Positions 1-8,940 of a DNA stretch of 64,000 bases are shown one piece after another. Each line of letters starts with the position of its first letter. The stretch's first letter is position 1. The position numbers were made by a program, and so were the translations under genes. Location: NCBI GenBank assembly GCA_018970425.1, contig JAGWWK010000001.1, forward strand, positions 144,845-208,844, given 5' to 3'. Under the pieces are notes generated by a model. That model did no database searches. It worked only from the letters and a program-made list of their open reading frames with translations, and was not told the DNA's origin. The DNA comes from Patescibacteria group bacterium (GTDB taxonomy: Bacteria; Patescibacteriota; Minisyncoccia; Phycocordibacterales; Phycocordibacteraceae).

Positions 1-901
1 GGTCTGCGAGCGTCACATCGTTGCCCAGCGATTTTGAAATTTTCTTACCGTCAATGGTCAGGAATTCATTATGCAGCCAGAATCGCGCATACGGTCGTGC
101 ATTTGCTGCTTCAGCTTGAGCCAGCTCATTATTGTGGTGGACCGCGATGTGATCAACGCCGCCGGTATGAATATCAAATGACTCTCCGAGATACTCTGTA
201 CTCATCGCAGTGCACTCAATGTGCCAACCGGGAAATCCCTTGCCCCACGGCGCGTCCCATCCGTTCTCGGGAGAAAATTTCCAAAGCGCAAAGTCGCGTG
301 GGTCGCGTTTACCCTCGATCACACCTATGCGTGAGTGCTCCGCAGATGCCGCTCCACCCAAGGTCCCATACTTCGGGAACGCGCGCGTATCAAAGTAGAT
401 ACCGTCAGGAAGCGGGTAGGCGTACCCCTTAGTAAGCAATTTTTCTATATAGGCGATCATTGTAGGCACATGCTCTGATGCACGCGGCATCGCAAAGGGC
501 GGGAGCACATTCAGCGCGCGCGCGTCCTCCTTGTACGCTTCGGCAAAGCGCCCCGCGAGAGCAAGCATATTTTCCATGGTTGGCGCGAGACCTTCTCGCC
601 TGAGTCCGATGAGCATTTTGTCTTCGCCCTGATCACCATCCCCCACAAGATGTCCGAAGTCCGTGATGTTCATGACTGAGCGTACGCGGTACCCGGCATA
701 TTCAAACACTCGCCGCACCAGATCCGGCACAATCAGAGCACGAAGATTCCCGATGTGCGGTACGTTGTAGACGGTCGGGCCGCACGAGTACATACTCACG
801 ACACCGCGCTGGAGCGGCTCAAATCGTTCAACTTTTTTTGTGAGTGTATTACTCAGCGAGATCCGCGACTCCTGCGCACGCCTAAACAGCCACCCAATCA
901 T
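1..901 (-). CDS. cysS: cysteine--tRNA ligase, N-terminal ~300 codons (gene continues beyond window start)
   Basis: Minus-strand ATG at 901-899. Translation MIGWLFRR...[17 protein letters not shown]... has a HIGH-type motif (PHIGN) and, near position 30, a KMSKS-type motif (KISKSLGN). Frame is open to position 1. Absent from the ORF track because no stop lies in the window. Confidence 0.8.
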   Translation of the reverse strand, partial: MIGWLFRRAQESRISLSNTLTKKVERFEPLQRGVVSMYSCGPTVYNVPHIGNLRALIVPDLVRRVFEYAGYRVRSVMNITDFGHLVGDGDQGEDKMLIGLRREGLAPTMENMLALAGRFAEAYKEDARALNVLPPFAMPRASEHVPTMIAYIEKLLTKGYAYPLPDGIYFDTRAFPKYGTLGGAASAEHSRIGVIEGKRDPRDFALWKFSPENGWDAPWGKGFPGWHIECTAMSTEYLGESFDIHTGGVDHIAVHHNNELAQAEAANARPYARFWLHNEFLTIDGKKISKSLGNDVTLAD

Positions 902-1135
902 GGGTTAAGTATAACAAACGAGACTACTTACAGCTGAGCGGCTAGCAAAATCAAAGATACCGCACCCACGAGAGCGACAACCTTGCTGAACTATTTGCCC
1001 ACTCCTGCGCCTCTTCAATGGTTTGAGGTGAGTCCTCTCCTATTTGTACCGCACCACTGTCTCTTTTGTACTTTTCGAATATCCTATCGCTCTCGCTGCT
1101 CATTCAAGAGATATACCACAGAGTGCTGTGCGTCG

Positions 1136-2170
1136 CTACCAATTGAGGGCTCCACCAGTTTTGTACTCAGTGACGCGCGTTTCAAAGAAGTTCTTTTTCT
1201 TCGAGAGATCGATGGACTCACTCATCCACGGGAACGGATTCTGTACTCCGTACTGCGCGGGGAGGCCTACGCGCTCGAGGCGGCGATCGGCGATGTGCTT
1301 GATATAGTCCTCAAATCCTTGTGCGTTCAGACCAAAGATGCCCGTGGGAAATACCTCCTTAGCAAAGGTGTACTCGAGCTCGGTGGCTTTTCGTACATAG
1401 CCCACAATGCGATCCTGGAACTCACGCGTCCAAAGCTCGGGGTTTTCGAGCTTGAGATGGTTGATAATCTCAATGCCGAAATTGAGATGCATGCTCTCAT
1501 CGCGCATGATGTACTCAATCTGCTCCGCGCTTCCGACCAGCTTATTCTGACGCTTGAAGCCAAACACGACCGCGAACGATGAATAGAAGAAGATACCCTC
1601 CATGATGAGCGAGAAAACGCACCAGTTTTCCAAGAACTTCTGATCCGACGCGAAGTCGCCCGTCTTAAACGATCCGTCGAAAATTCCCTCATTGAAGCCA
1701 AGAATAAACTCTTCCTTGTTGAAGATCGCGTCTACCTCCCGGTACATATTAAAGATCTTGGATTCATCCATTGCCAAGGACTCTACGATGTACTGATACG
1801 CATGCGTATGTATCGCCTCTTCATATGCCTGACGGAGGAGGTACATCCGGATCTCCGGCGAGGTCACGTGTTTGTAAAAGCCCATCACCACGTTGTTTGC
1901 TGCTATCGAGTCCGCAGTCGTAAAGAAGCCGAGCACGGTTTCAAACGCGCGACGCTCATCAACTGACAGCCCGTTCGGACTCTTCCACAGCTCTATGTCG
2001 AGCTGCATTGAAATCTCAGTGGGTAGCCAGTGATTCTGATTCGCGCGGAGGTAATAGTCCCACGCGAAGGTGTGCCGCATCGGGTAGAGCTGGATCACGT
2101 CCGCCTCAAGACCGTTTATGATGCGGCGGTTGTTAATGTCGACCGGTCGGGCGTGTTTTTGAACGGGCAT
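1136..2170 (-). CDS. nrdB: ribonucleotide-diphosphate reductase beta subunit (class I R2, diiron-tyrosyl)
   Basis: 344 aa. Ferritin-like R2 fold with diiron ligand motifs (EEAIHTHAY, DESMHLNFG). Lies 43 bp downstream of nrdA on the same strand. Confidence 0.9.
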   Translation of the reverse strand: MPVQKHARPVDINNRRIINGLEADVIQLYPMRHTFAWDYYLRANQNHWLPTEISMQLDIELWKSPNGLSVDERRAFETVLGFFTTADSIAANNVVMGFYKHVTSPEIRMYLLRQAYEEAIHTHAYQYIVESLAMDESKIFNMYREVDAIFNKEEFILGFNEGIFDGSFKTGDFASDQKFLENWCVFSLIMEGIFFYSSFAVVFGFKRQNKLVGSAEQIEYIMRDESMHLNFGIEIINHLKLENPELWTREFQDRIVGYVRKATELEYTFAKEVFPTGIFGLNAQGFEDYIKHIADRRLERVGLPAQYGVQNPFPWMSESIDLSKKKNFFETRVTEYKTGGALNW

Positions 2171-2213
2171 ATGTTGATGCTAGTACTTGTAATGGACTCA
2201 GACGCGGAGCGAA

Positions 2214-5054
2214 CTACTGACAACTTTCACAGGTTACTTCAGGTGCTTTATGGAGTGTGTACTGTCGCGGAGCGGAATTCTGCTGAGCTACCGTTGGGGC
2301 GGGAATATTCAGCTGCTGTGGCTCCGGCGCGACCGATTCAGAGGGCCCGGCGTCTCGGGTATGCGTTGATCCGTAGGTTTGTGTCGACACCGTAGACTTC
2401 TCTACCTGCGTAGCGGCAAGCGTTCGAAGGTAGTACGTAGTCTTTAGTCCCATCTTCCATGCGTACATATACACCTCAGAAAGCTCTCTTCCGGAGGAAC
2501 CGCGGAAGAATATATTGAGCGACTGAGACTGATCGATCCACTTTGCGCGGTACGCCGCTGCTCGCACAAGCCAGCGCATATCTATCTCAAACACTTCTTT
2601 GTACTTATTCTTGAGATGCTCCGGAATGCCAGCAATGCGGGCTATAGATCCGTCATGATATTTGAGCTCATTGAGCACGCTGTCGTTCCAGAGACCAATC
2701 TTCTTTAGATCTTCTACAAGGTATGGATTCACCACGGTAAAGTCGCCGCTGATGTTTGACTCTACATAGATGTTCTTGTAAATCGGCTCGATAGACGGTA
2801 CAGCGCTCACGATATTCGAGGTAGAGGCAGTAGGCGCGACCGCCATGCAGTTTGAATTGCGCATACCGAACTGCTTAATTGCTTCACGTACCACGGACCA
2901 ATCAAGCGTTGAGTCTCGGGATACTTCAATCGTTTCGCCACGCTCTGCCTCAAGGAGTGCGAGCGTATCAAGTGGCAGAAGTCCGCGATCCCACTTAGAC
3001 CCCGCGAAGCTCTCGTATCGTCCGCGCTCTTTGGCCAAAGCCACGGACGCAAGAATTGCGTAGTACGAGATGAGCTCCATCGAGGTATCCGCAAACTGGA
3101 CACAGCGTTCCGACGCAAAGTCGATATCAAGCTGGTACAGCGCATCCTGAAATCCTCCAACACCGAGACCTACGGGACGATGACGCATGTTAGACGCGCG
3201 CGCCTCCTTAGTCGGATAGAAATTGATATCGATCACATTGTCGAGCATGCGCATTCCCACGGAGACAGTGTCCTTCACTCGCTCGCGGTCAAACTGCCCA
3301 CCGGTTACATGTCGCGCGAAATTCACCCAGCCCAAGTTACAGACTGCCGTTTCATCCTTCGAGGTATTCAAGGTAATTTCCGTACACAGGTTTGAATTGT
3401 GAATGACACCAGCGTGGTCTTGGGGTGAGCGAATATTTGACGGATCCTTAAAGGTGATCCACGGGTGCCCAGTTTCGTAGAGCATACCAAGCATCTTCTT
3501 CCACAGATCGGCCGCCTTCATGCGCTTGAAGGTCTTGATCTCACCGCGATCAGCCATCTGCTCGTAACGGGCGTAGATTTCCTCAAATTTTTTGCCGTAC
3601 GTTTCAGTGAGTTCCGGACATTCATCAGGACTAAAGAGCGTCCATTGTCCATCCTCTCTCACGCGCTTCATGAGAAGGTCAGGTATCCAGTTTGCGGTGT
3701 TCATATCGTGCGTGCGTCTACGCTCATCGCCGGTATTCTTGCGGAGCTCGAGGAAATCTTCAACATCGTAGTGCCACGCCTCGAGGTACACCGCGGTCGC
3801 GCCACGGCGTCGGCCCGAGCGGTTAATAGCAACCGTTACATCGTTCGCAATCTTCAAAAACGGTATAACGCCTTGCGAGCTAATACCTGCCTTCTTGATG
3901 CGTGCGCCTGTCGCTCGGAGCTTGGACCATGCGGTACCAATGCCCCCTGCCCACTTGGCAAGCTGCGCATTGTCGCCATATACCTTGAAAATATGATCAA
4001 GGTCGTCCTCGACCACGTTCAGGTAACAGCTTGAGAGCTGCGGGTGCGGGAGGCCTGCATGGAAGAGAGTCGGCGTCGATGGGACGAAGCGGAGCGACGA
4101 GATAACATCGTAGAACTTGAGCGCCCATTCCTCGCGAGAATCTTTCTCTGCGAGCGCGACACCGAGTGCGACACGCATCCAAAATTGCTGTGGTGCCTCG
4201 AGATGTTCCTTGTTTTTTGGATCCTTAACAAAGTACCGGTCCTCAAGGGTTGCTACGCCCAAGTAGCGGAGCAAGTGATCACGCGACGGGTCGATAGCCG
4301 CCGCAACACGCTCGAGGTCAAATGTGAGAAGTCTCTCATCATAGAGCTTTGCCTCGACGCCGCGTTTAATATTTTCAACAAACGACGCTCGGTACGCGGC
4401 CACAAAATCTGGTGAGGAAAGCGGCGCAGTAGTCCGCAAGGCGTGGCGGTAAATACCCGCGAGCGTCAGCTGGGCGGCAAGCTGTGAGTAGGCCGGGTCG
4501 CGCTCGATCATTGAGCGCACCACCATGACGAGTGTGCGTTCAAGCTCCGCGGCAGTGATGCCGTCATAGAGCTCGCGCTCAACTTGCGCAATGACCGCAC
4601 GTACATCCACCTGCGGTCTACTCTCATCGGTCAATGCGTCTTCAATCAAGCGACGTACTCGATCGATTGAAAAAATCTCTTTGGAACCATCGCGATTCGT
4701 GATAATGAGGCCACGCTCTTCAATTTTCTCGAGCACCTCCTGTACTGCCTCTTCACGCATCTTTGCATGCTCGTAGCGATAAATGATGTAGGACTTCGCA
4801 ACATCAAAATATCCTCGCGTCATGAGTGCGCGCTCAACTAAGTCTTGAATCTCCTCTACATTCGGAAAATTCACGGATCCACCGTATCGCGCGGCGAGTA
4901 AATCAGTAACATGCACCGCTATAGAAGCTGCCTCGTCGCTCTTTTTATCGCGCACCACTTCAAGAAACGCTTTCTCTATCGCTTTTACAATTTTTGCCTG
5001 ATCGAAGTCGACAATAGAACCGTTTCGCTTCTTGATTTTTTGTAGTGCACTCAT
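2214..5054 (-). CDS. nrdA: ribonucleotide-diphosphate reductase alpha subunit (class I) with N-terminal ATP-cone
   Basis: 946 aa. N-terminal ATP-cone (KKRNGSIVDFDQAKIVKAIEKAF), catalytic region with NLCTEI, and a C-terminal redox-shuttle cysteine pair (CESCQ). Confidence 0.95.
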   Translation of the reverse strand: MSALQKIKKRNGSIVDFDQAKIVKAIEKAFLEVVRDKKSDEAASIAVHVTDLLAARYGGSVNFPNVEEIQDLVERALMTRGYFDVAKSYIIYRYEHAKMREEAVQEVLEKIEERGLIITNRDGSKEIFSIDRVRRLIEDALTDESRPQVDVRAVIAQVERELYDGITAAELERTLVMVVRSMIERDPAYSQLAAQLTLAGIYRHALRTTAPLSSPDFVAAYRASFVENIKRGVEAKLYDERLLTFDLERVAAAIDPSRDHLLRYLGVATLEDRYFVKDPKNKEHLEAPQQFWMRVALGVALAEKDSREEWALKFYDVISSLRFVPSTPTLFHAGLPHPQLSSCYLNVVEDDLDHIFKVYGDNAQLAKWAGGIGTAWSKLRATGARIKKAGISSQGVIPFLKIANDVTVAINRSGRRRGATAVYLEAWHYDVEDFLELRKNTGDERRRTHDMNTANWIPDLLMKRVREDGQWTLFSPDECPELTETYGKKFEEIYARYEQMADRGEIKTFKRMKAADLWKKMLGMLYETGHPWITFKDPSNIRSPQDHAGVIHNSNLCTEITLNTSKDETAVCNLGWVNFARHVTGGQFDRERVKDTVSVGMRMLDNVIDINFYPTKEARASNMRHRPVGLGVGGFQDALYQLDIDFASERCVQFADTSMELISYYAILASVALAKERGRYESFAGSKWDRGLLPLDTLALLEAERGETIEVSRDSTLDWSVVREAIKQFGMRNSNCMAVAPTASTSNIVSAVPSIEPIYKNIYVESNISGDFTVVNPYLVEDLKKIGLWNDSVLNELKYHDGSIARIAGIPEHLKNKYKEVFEIDMRWLVRAAAYRAKWIDQSQSLNIFFRGSSGRELSEVYMYAWKMGLKTTYYLRTLAATQVEKSTVSTQTYGSTHTRDAGPSESVAPEPQQLNIPAPTVAQQNSAPRQYTLHKAPEVTCESCQ

Positions 5055-5097
5055 AGGTCATCGCATTGTACCCCCTACCCTCACGGGTACAAAAAAT

Positions 5098-5123
5098 GCG
5101 GTGTTCGCACCGCGTGTGGATAA
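5098..5123. promoter_or_regulatory. candidate operator region upstream of nrdA: 6-bp inverted repeat GCGGTGttcgCACCGC (5098-5113) followed by a perfect DnaA-box 9-mer TGTGGATAA (5115-5123)
   Basis: Direct reading of the 107-bp fba-nrdA intergenic region. In E. coli, DnaA boxes lie in the nrdAB promoter. Confidence 0.3.
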
Positions 5124-5161
5124 CTGTCAGGTGCCACAAATCGCACCCCTGTAAAGACCGC

Positions 5162-6175
5162 CTATGGCGCGAGCGAGCCCTCTTCTTGACTCGCCGAGTA
5201 CCCTGCCGCATCCGCCGCGCGCGCTAGTGAGAGTCGCTCAAGGAAAATAGACTGTGCCTCGTCTACATTTTCAGGATTTCCTGCCCAGCGGTCGAGTACT
5301 GGCTCCTGGAGCGCGCGCGCAAATGAGAACGTAATGTCCCACGGGAGAGGCTCAAGGCGCGCGATCGCGTTTAAATTTGCGGTCGCCTCCTCTGGAGACT
5401 GCCCCCCAGAGAGAAAGACAATCCCTCCCATCTCTTCAGGTACCGCGGATGTTAGTGCGCGAACAGTGCGGTCTGCAACTTCTGACGCAGTGGCTCGGAC
5501 GCTTGCGTTTGAGCCAGACACTGCCATCGCGGTCTTTAAAATGACATGCGAGAGGTCGATATCACGAGCATGAAGAGCGTCAATAACTGTCGCCACGGTC
5601 TCGGTAATAGTACGCTCGGCATCTTCCGCGCTATGAGCCCCCTCCATAAGTACCTCCGGCTCTACAATCGGAACCATTCCCTCGGCCAATGCCTCCTCTG
5701 CATACACAGCGAGCCGTGATGCGTTTTCTCTCACATGCGGAGCTCCAGGCTGCGTACCAACTGCCGCTACAGCTCGCCACTTCGTAAAACGTGCGCCAAG
5801 CGCCTTATACTCAACGAGGCGCTTTCGAAGTCCATCAAGACCCAAGGTGACCAATCCGCCAAACTGCGGGTCATGTGCCATACCTAGATCAACCTTAATA
5901 CCTGGAAACACGCCGCGCGAAAAGAGGTACTCGGGGTACGGTGTTCCATGAGCGATCGTGTCGCGGATCGTTTCGTCATAGAGAATAACTCCCGAGAGGT
6001 ATTCCTCCATTCCCGGTGTCGTCATGAGGAGTTCTCGGTAGGCGCGGCGCATGGCTTCAGTCGGCGAAATACCTCGCGCCTCAAAGCGCTCGGTGATAGT
6101 CTTGGTCGATTCATCAGCCGCAAGAATGCCTTTTCCTTGGCGCATCAGGTGCCTTACAGTATCATGCGCTTTCAT
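5162..6175 (-). CDS. fba: fructose-bisphosphate aldolase, class I
   Basis: 337 aa. Class I aldolase signature GILAADES near the N-terminus; overall DeoC/FbaB-like TIM-barrel pattern. Confidence 0.8.
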   Translation of the reverse strand: MKAHDTVRHLMRQGKGILAADESTKTITERFEARGISPTEAMRRAYRELLMTTPGMEEYLSGVILYDETIRDTIAHGTPYPEYLFSRGVFPGIKVDLGMAHDPQFGGLVTLGLDGLRKRLVEYKALGARFTKWRAVAAVGTQPGAPHVRENASRLAVYAEEALAEGMVPIVEPEVLMEGAHSAEDAERTITETVATVIDALHARDIDLSHVILKTAMAVSGSNASVRATASEVADRTVRALTSAVPEEMGGIVFLSGGQSPEEATANLNAIARLEPLPWDITFSFARALQEPVLDRWAGNPENVDEAQSIFLERLSLARAADAAGYSASQEEGSLAP

Positions 6176-6210
6176 ACTGATACGGTATCGTCTTTACTCG
6201 GGTCTGGCAA

Positions 6211-6711
6211 TCATCGAACGGGAATACCTTGAAGTGCCGCAGTCACTGCGGCATGAATATCGCTCTCATTTTCACTCGTAAGACGTATGAGTGGGAGCTG
6301 AGTTCGCTCGGCAAGGAGCGCGACGCGTGGAGACTCGCTATACGCGACCAAAGCTCGCGGCATACAGGTACCGCGCTCGCAAACGAGCGCGTCAACGGTA
6401 ATACTCTGAAGAACTGCGCGTGCTTCATGGTCAGTGGCACCGCGCGTTCCGCGCACAAAGTCTGCCGCATGCGCGTGCGGCACGATGAAGGAGTTCTCTA
6501 GGACTCGCTCAAGTGCCGTAAGACGCGCGTATTCCGCGCGGGACACAAGGGGGACACAGGTCAGCGTGAGCCTCGCAAGCGGATCCCCGCCCTCTATGAG
6601 GACACGCCGGAGTATGATCCACAGTGCCGCGATCGCAAGCGCTATGAGAAGCGCAAGAATAACCTCGGAGAGAACGGGCATATCAGCGCGAAACAGGGAC
6701 AAGGAGTTCAT
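6211..6711 (-). CDS. hypothetical membrane-anchored protein (single N-terminal TM)
   Basis: 166-aa ORF. Hydrophobic segment VILALLIALAIAALWIIL; no recognisable motif. The likely start is the internal Met at ~6681, which leaves a 2-bp gap to the upstream gene. Confidence 0.35.
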   Translation of the reverse strand: MNSLSLFRADMPVLSEVILALLIALAIAALWIILRRVLIEGGDPLARLTLTCVPLVSRAEYARLTALERVLENSFIVPHAHAADFVRGTRGATDHEARAVLQSITVDALVCERGTCMPRALVAYSESPRVALLAERTQLPLIRLTSENESDIHAAVTAALQGIPVR

Positions 6712-7369
6712 TCCTCCTCAAAAATGGCGGAGTCCATGGCGGGTTGTAGTATGCCGCTTCAGGTGCATCGAGCGCAGTGAAACCGTCTCTCGACACGTCA
6801 GTGAGGAATGCCTGCTTGAGCGCAGTAATTTCTTCTTCTCGCATTCCTGTAGAAAAGCGGCGGGCAGCGACCAAGCGCTCTGGTACCGCGCGCAGTGTCA
6901 CGCGAGTATCGGTGGGTATCGGCAGTGTCTCTAGCGTGTACGCACTAGGCATCACAAACGAAACGCGTCTGGCGCCCGAGAGACTCTCCTCCATAACTGG
7001 AGCGGTCATGTCTATCGACTCGCGTTCGGCAACTGGAACAGTCATCTTAATCGTCTCTCCGCTCATCCCAACAGGTGCAGTCATCGGTACACTTTCCCGT
7101 TTAGTGTTACCGCCAAAAATGTACCCCGCCAAGCGCTGAAAACCTTCATTCATGGCAGTACGGTACGCACCCTCTACAACTGTTTCCGCCACGATATGCG
7201 GAGCGTAGCGACGGACCTCGTAGCCAGACCGTGTTTCAACTACCGTATATGCGGGCTCTTCTATCCCGCGTACGGCCAAAAGGCCGTACGCAATCCACGC
7301 TATGAGAACAACGAACGCGATTACTGCGAGCCACAAGACCGGATATGCCTTGAGGAGAGCTACGTCCAT
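6683..7369 (-). CDS. SOUL/HBP-family heme-binding protein, N-terminally membrane-anchored
   Basis: 228 aa. N-terminal TM (VLWLAVIAFVVLIAWIAYGLL) followed by a SOUL/HBP-like domain (YEVRRY...AETVV...FQRLAGYIFGGN...ISMTAPV). Confidence 0.5.
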   Translation of the reverse strand: MDVALLKAYPVLWLAVIAFVVLIAWIAYGLLAVRGIEEPAYTVVETRSGYEVRRYAPHIVAETVVEGAYRTAMNEGFQRLAGYIFGGNTKRESVPMTAPVGMSGETIKMTVPVAERESIDMTAPVMEESLSGARRVSFVMPSAYTLETLPIPTDTRVTLRAVPERLVAARRFSTGMREEEITALKQAFLTDVSRDGFTALDAPEAAYYNPPWTPPFLRRNELLVPVSR

Positions 7370-7371
7370 AC

Positions 7372-8097
7372 TTAGCGTGAGACCGTGGCGCGGAGCGTCT
7401 TGAGCGCGGTATCAAATGATGTCTTAAATGTTTCTCCTGCGGCTCGTACGGACGCGTCTCGCGTTTTTCGGAGTGCTTCAAGCTCAGCGCGCATGTCGCG
7501 CTTTTCCGTCACCGCGCTCTTAAATGTCTCTTGCGCTGACAGTACTGACGCGCGAAATGTATCTCGAATGGTATCGGGGCGTACGTTCGCTGCGCAGTCT
7601 GTTCGTGCTTTAGTGAGCGCGGTATCAAGCGAACTCTTGAGCGTCGCGCGCGCCGCGGCAACCGTTGCCTCTCGTCCTCCGATAAGCGCCTGCGCATCGG
7701 TGCGGAACTTTTCAAGCGCCGCGGTAACTTGACGGTCGCGCTCTCCGAGCGCCGTACTCACGGATGTTTTAAATGCTTCAAATGCCGCCTTTTCTTCAGA
7801 GGTCGTTGCGCGAGCACCGATGCGCTCCATACGCGCAGTAATTGTCTCGGTGCGCTCAAGGATCCGCGCGTCACGTCGCTCCTCTATAGCAGCGACGCGC
7901 TTGTCGATACTCTCGCGCGTCTCGCGCGCGCGACCATCTACGAGCGCGGCAAGTCGTGTTGCCTGCTGATCAAGCGTTGAACAAAATGTGGCTCGAGCCG
8001 CGCGCATAGGGCGTACCTCCTCCGCGAGTGCGATTGTCGGGATGAGGGTCGCAGTAATAAGCGCCGAAGCGATGATTTTAGAGTGAAGTTGGATCAT
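7372..8097 (-). CDS. secreted coiled-coil repeat protein (signal peptide plus four or more copies of an ETFK[TS]S.DTAL-like repeat)
   Basis: The ORF runs 7372..8160. The probable start is the internal Met (MIQLHSKIIASALITATLIPTIALAEE) at 8097, which gives a signal peptide. Low-complexity A/R/E/T-rich helical repeats. Confidence 0.4.
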   Translation of the reverse strand: MIQLHSKIIASALITATLIPTIALAEEVRPMRAARATFCSTLDQQATRLAALVDGRARETRESIDKRVAAIEERRDARILERTETITARMERIGARATTSEEKAAFEAFKTSVSTALGERDRQVTAALEKFRTDAQALIGGREATVAAARATLKSSLDTALTKARTDCAANVRPDTIRDTFRASVLSAQETFKSAVTEKRDMRAELEALRKTRDASVRAAGETFKTSFDTALKTLRATVSR

Positions 8098-8350
8098 ATG
8101 TTTGTGGAGTTTGAGTTGTAGCTTCAATTTCGCGCATAGTGGCGTCGGTCTCAGCGTCAATACTCATGACATCGTCAGCTAGCGCCGCGAGATCCGCTTC
8201 GATTGCCGACACAACACCCTCGAGCGTGCCTGCCTCAGTAGCGGCTTCAGGCTGTGGCCCGGTTGGTGTCGCGGTTAGTAAATAATAGGCCGCTCCCGCG
8301 ATAGCGATGACGGCAACGAAAGATACGATGGTTTTAGTTGAAGTGTCCAT
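8078..8350 (-). CDS. small single-pass membrane protein, acidic C-terminal tail
   Basis: The ORF runs 8078..8440. The likely start is MDTSTKTIVSFVAVIAIAGAAYYLL (Met at 8350). The TM helix is followed by an E/A/T-rich tail. Confidence 0.35.
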   Translation of the reverse strand: MDTSTKTIVSFVAVIAIAGAAYYLLTATPTGPQPEAATEAGTLEGVVSAIEADLAALADDVMSIDAETDATMREIEATTQTPQTYDPTSL

Positions 8351-8382
8351 GGTTCTGCTAAATACTAACGGGGAGTCCCCAC

Positions 8383-8940
8383 CTACAGTATATCCTCCGC
8401 ATGTGTCGGCGGAGGTAAAAATGATTGTATGAGTGCACAACGCTCCTCCATGGGCAAAACGGGGATATGCGTCGTTGGAAACGGAAGCTCATCATAGACC
8501 TCGTGTATGAGATGGCAGATCTCAAGTTGCTCCGCTCGAGACTCAACGCGAGCATGATCGGTCGTCATTGGCAGCGGGTCAAGAAGAAAAACACGCTCGT
8601 ATGAGGCATGATGTATCGCTTCGGTAAGTGCGGGGTCTTCAGGAATCCCGTGGAAACGGTAGTACGCGCGGATGTCCGGTATGCCACGATCGAAAATCAC
8701 CACTCCCGGTGGAGCGGCACGCTCGGCGTCCTCTTGGCGGCACAACACCTCGGTCTGGAACGCGCGCGGGTCGCTCTGTATTCTCTCGAGTGAGCGTCCA
8801 TGAGCTAATTCAGCTTCTATATGCGCGCGAGCCGTCTCCGAAACGACAGCGTACCCGCGCTTCGCGAGCATAGTGAGCATCGTAGTTTTACCCGTGGCAG
8901 GACCGCCGCTTAGTACAAACCAGTGTTTCATATCGTTCAT
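8383..8940 (-). CDS. P-loop ATPase, AAA_28 / NadR-NMN-kinase-like domain
   Basis: 185 aa. Walker A LSGGPATGKTT at residues 10-20. Overlaps the upstream P-type ATPase gene by 4 bp (ATGA-type coupling). Confidence 0.55.
   Translation of the reverse strand: MNDMKHWFVLSGGPATGKTTMLTMLAKRGYAVVSETARAHIEAELAHGRSLERIQSDPRAFQTEVLCRQEDAERAAPPGVVIFDRGIPDIRAYYRFHGIPEDPALTEAIHHASYERVFLLDPLPMTTDHARVESRAEQLEICHLIHEVYDELPFPTTHIPVLPMEERCALIQSFLPPPTHAEDIL

Noticed and set aside
34-937. Plus-strand ORFs 34..432, 210..398 and 755..937
   Set aside because: They lie antisense to the well-supported cysS reading frame. High-GC antisense frames are commonly open.
983-1701. ORFs 983..1582 (+), 1044..1307 (+) and 1327..1701 (-) overlapping nrdB
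   Set aside because: They are alternative or antisense frames of nrdB with low-complexity translations and no motifs.
5055-5161. NrdR box upstream of nrdA
   Set aside because: I looked for the AT-rich 16-bp palindromic NrdR boxes expected before nrd operons. I found only the GC-rich IR and the DnaA-like 9-mer, so no NrdR site is claimed.
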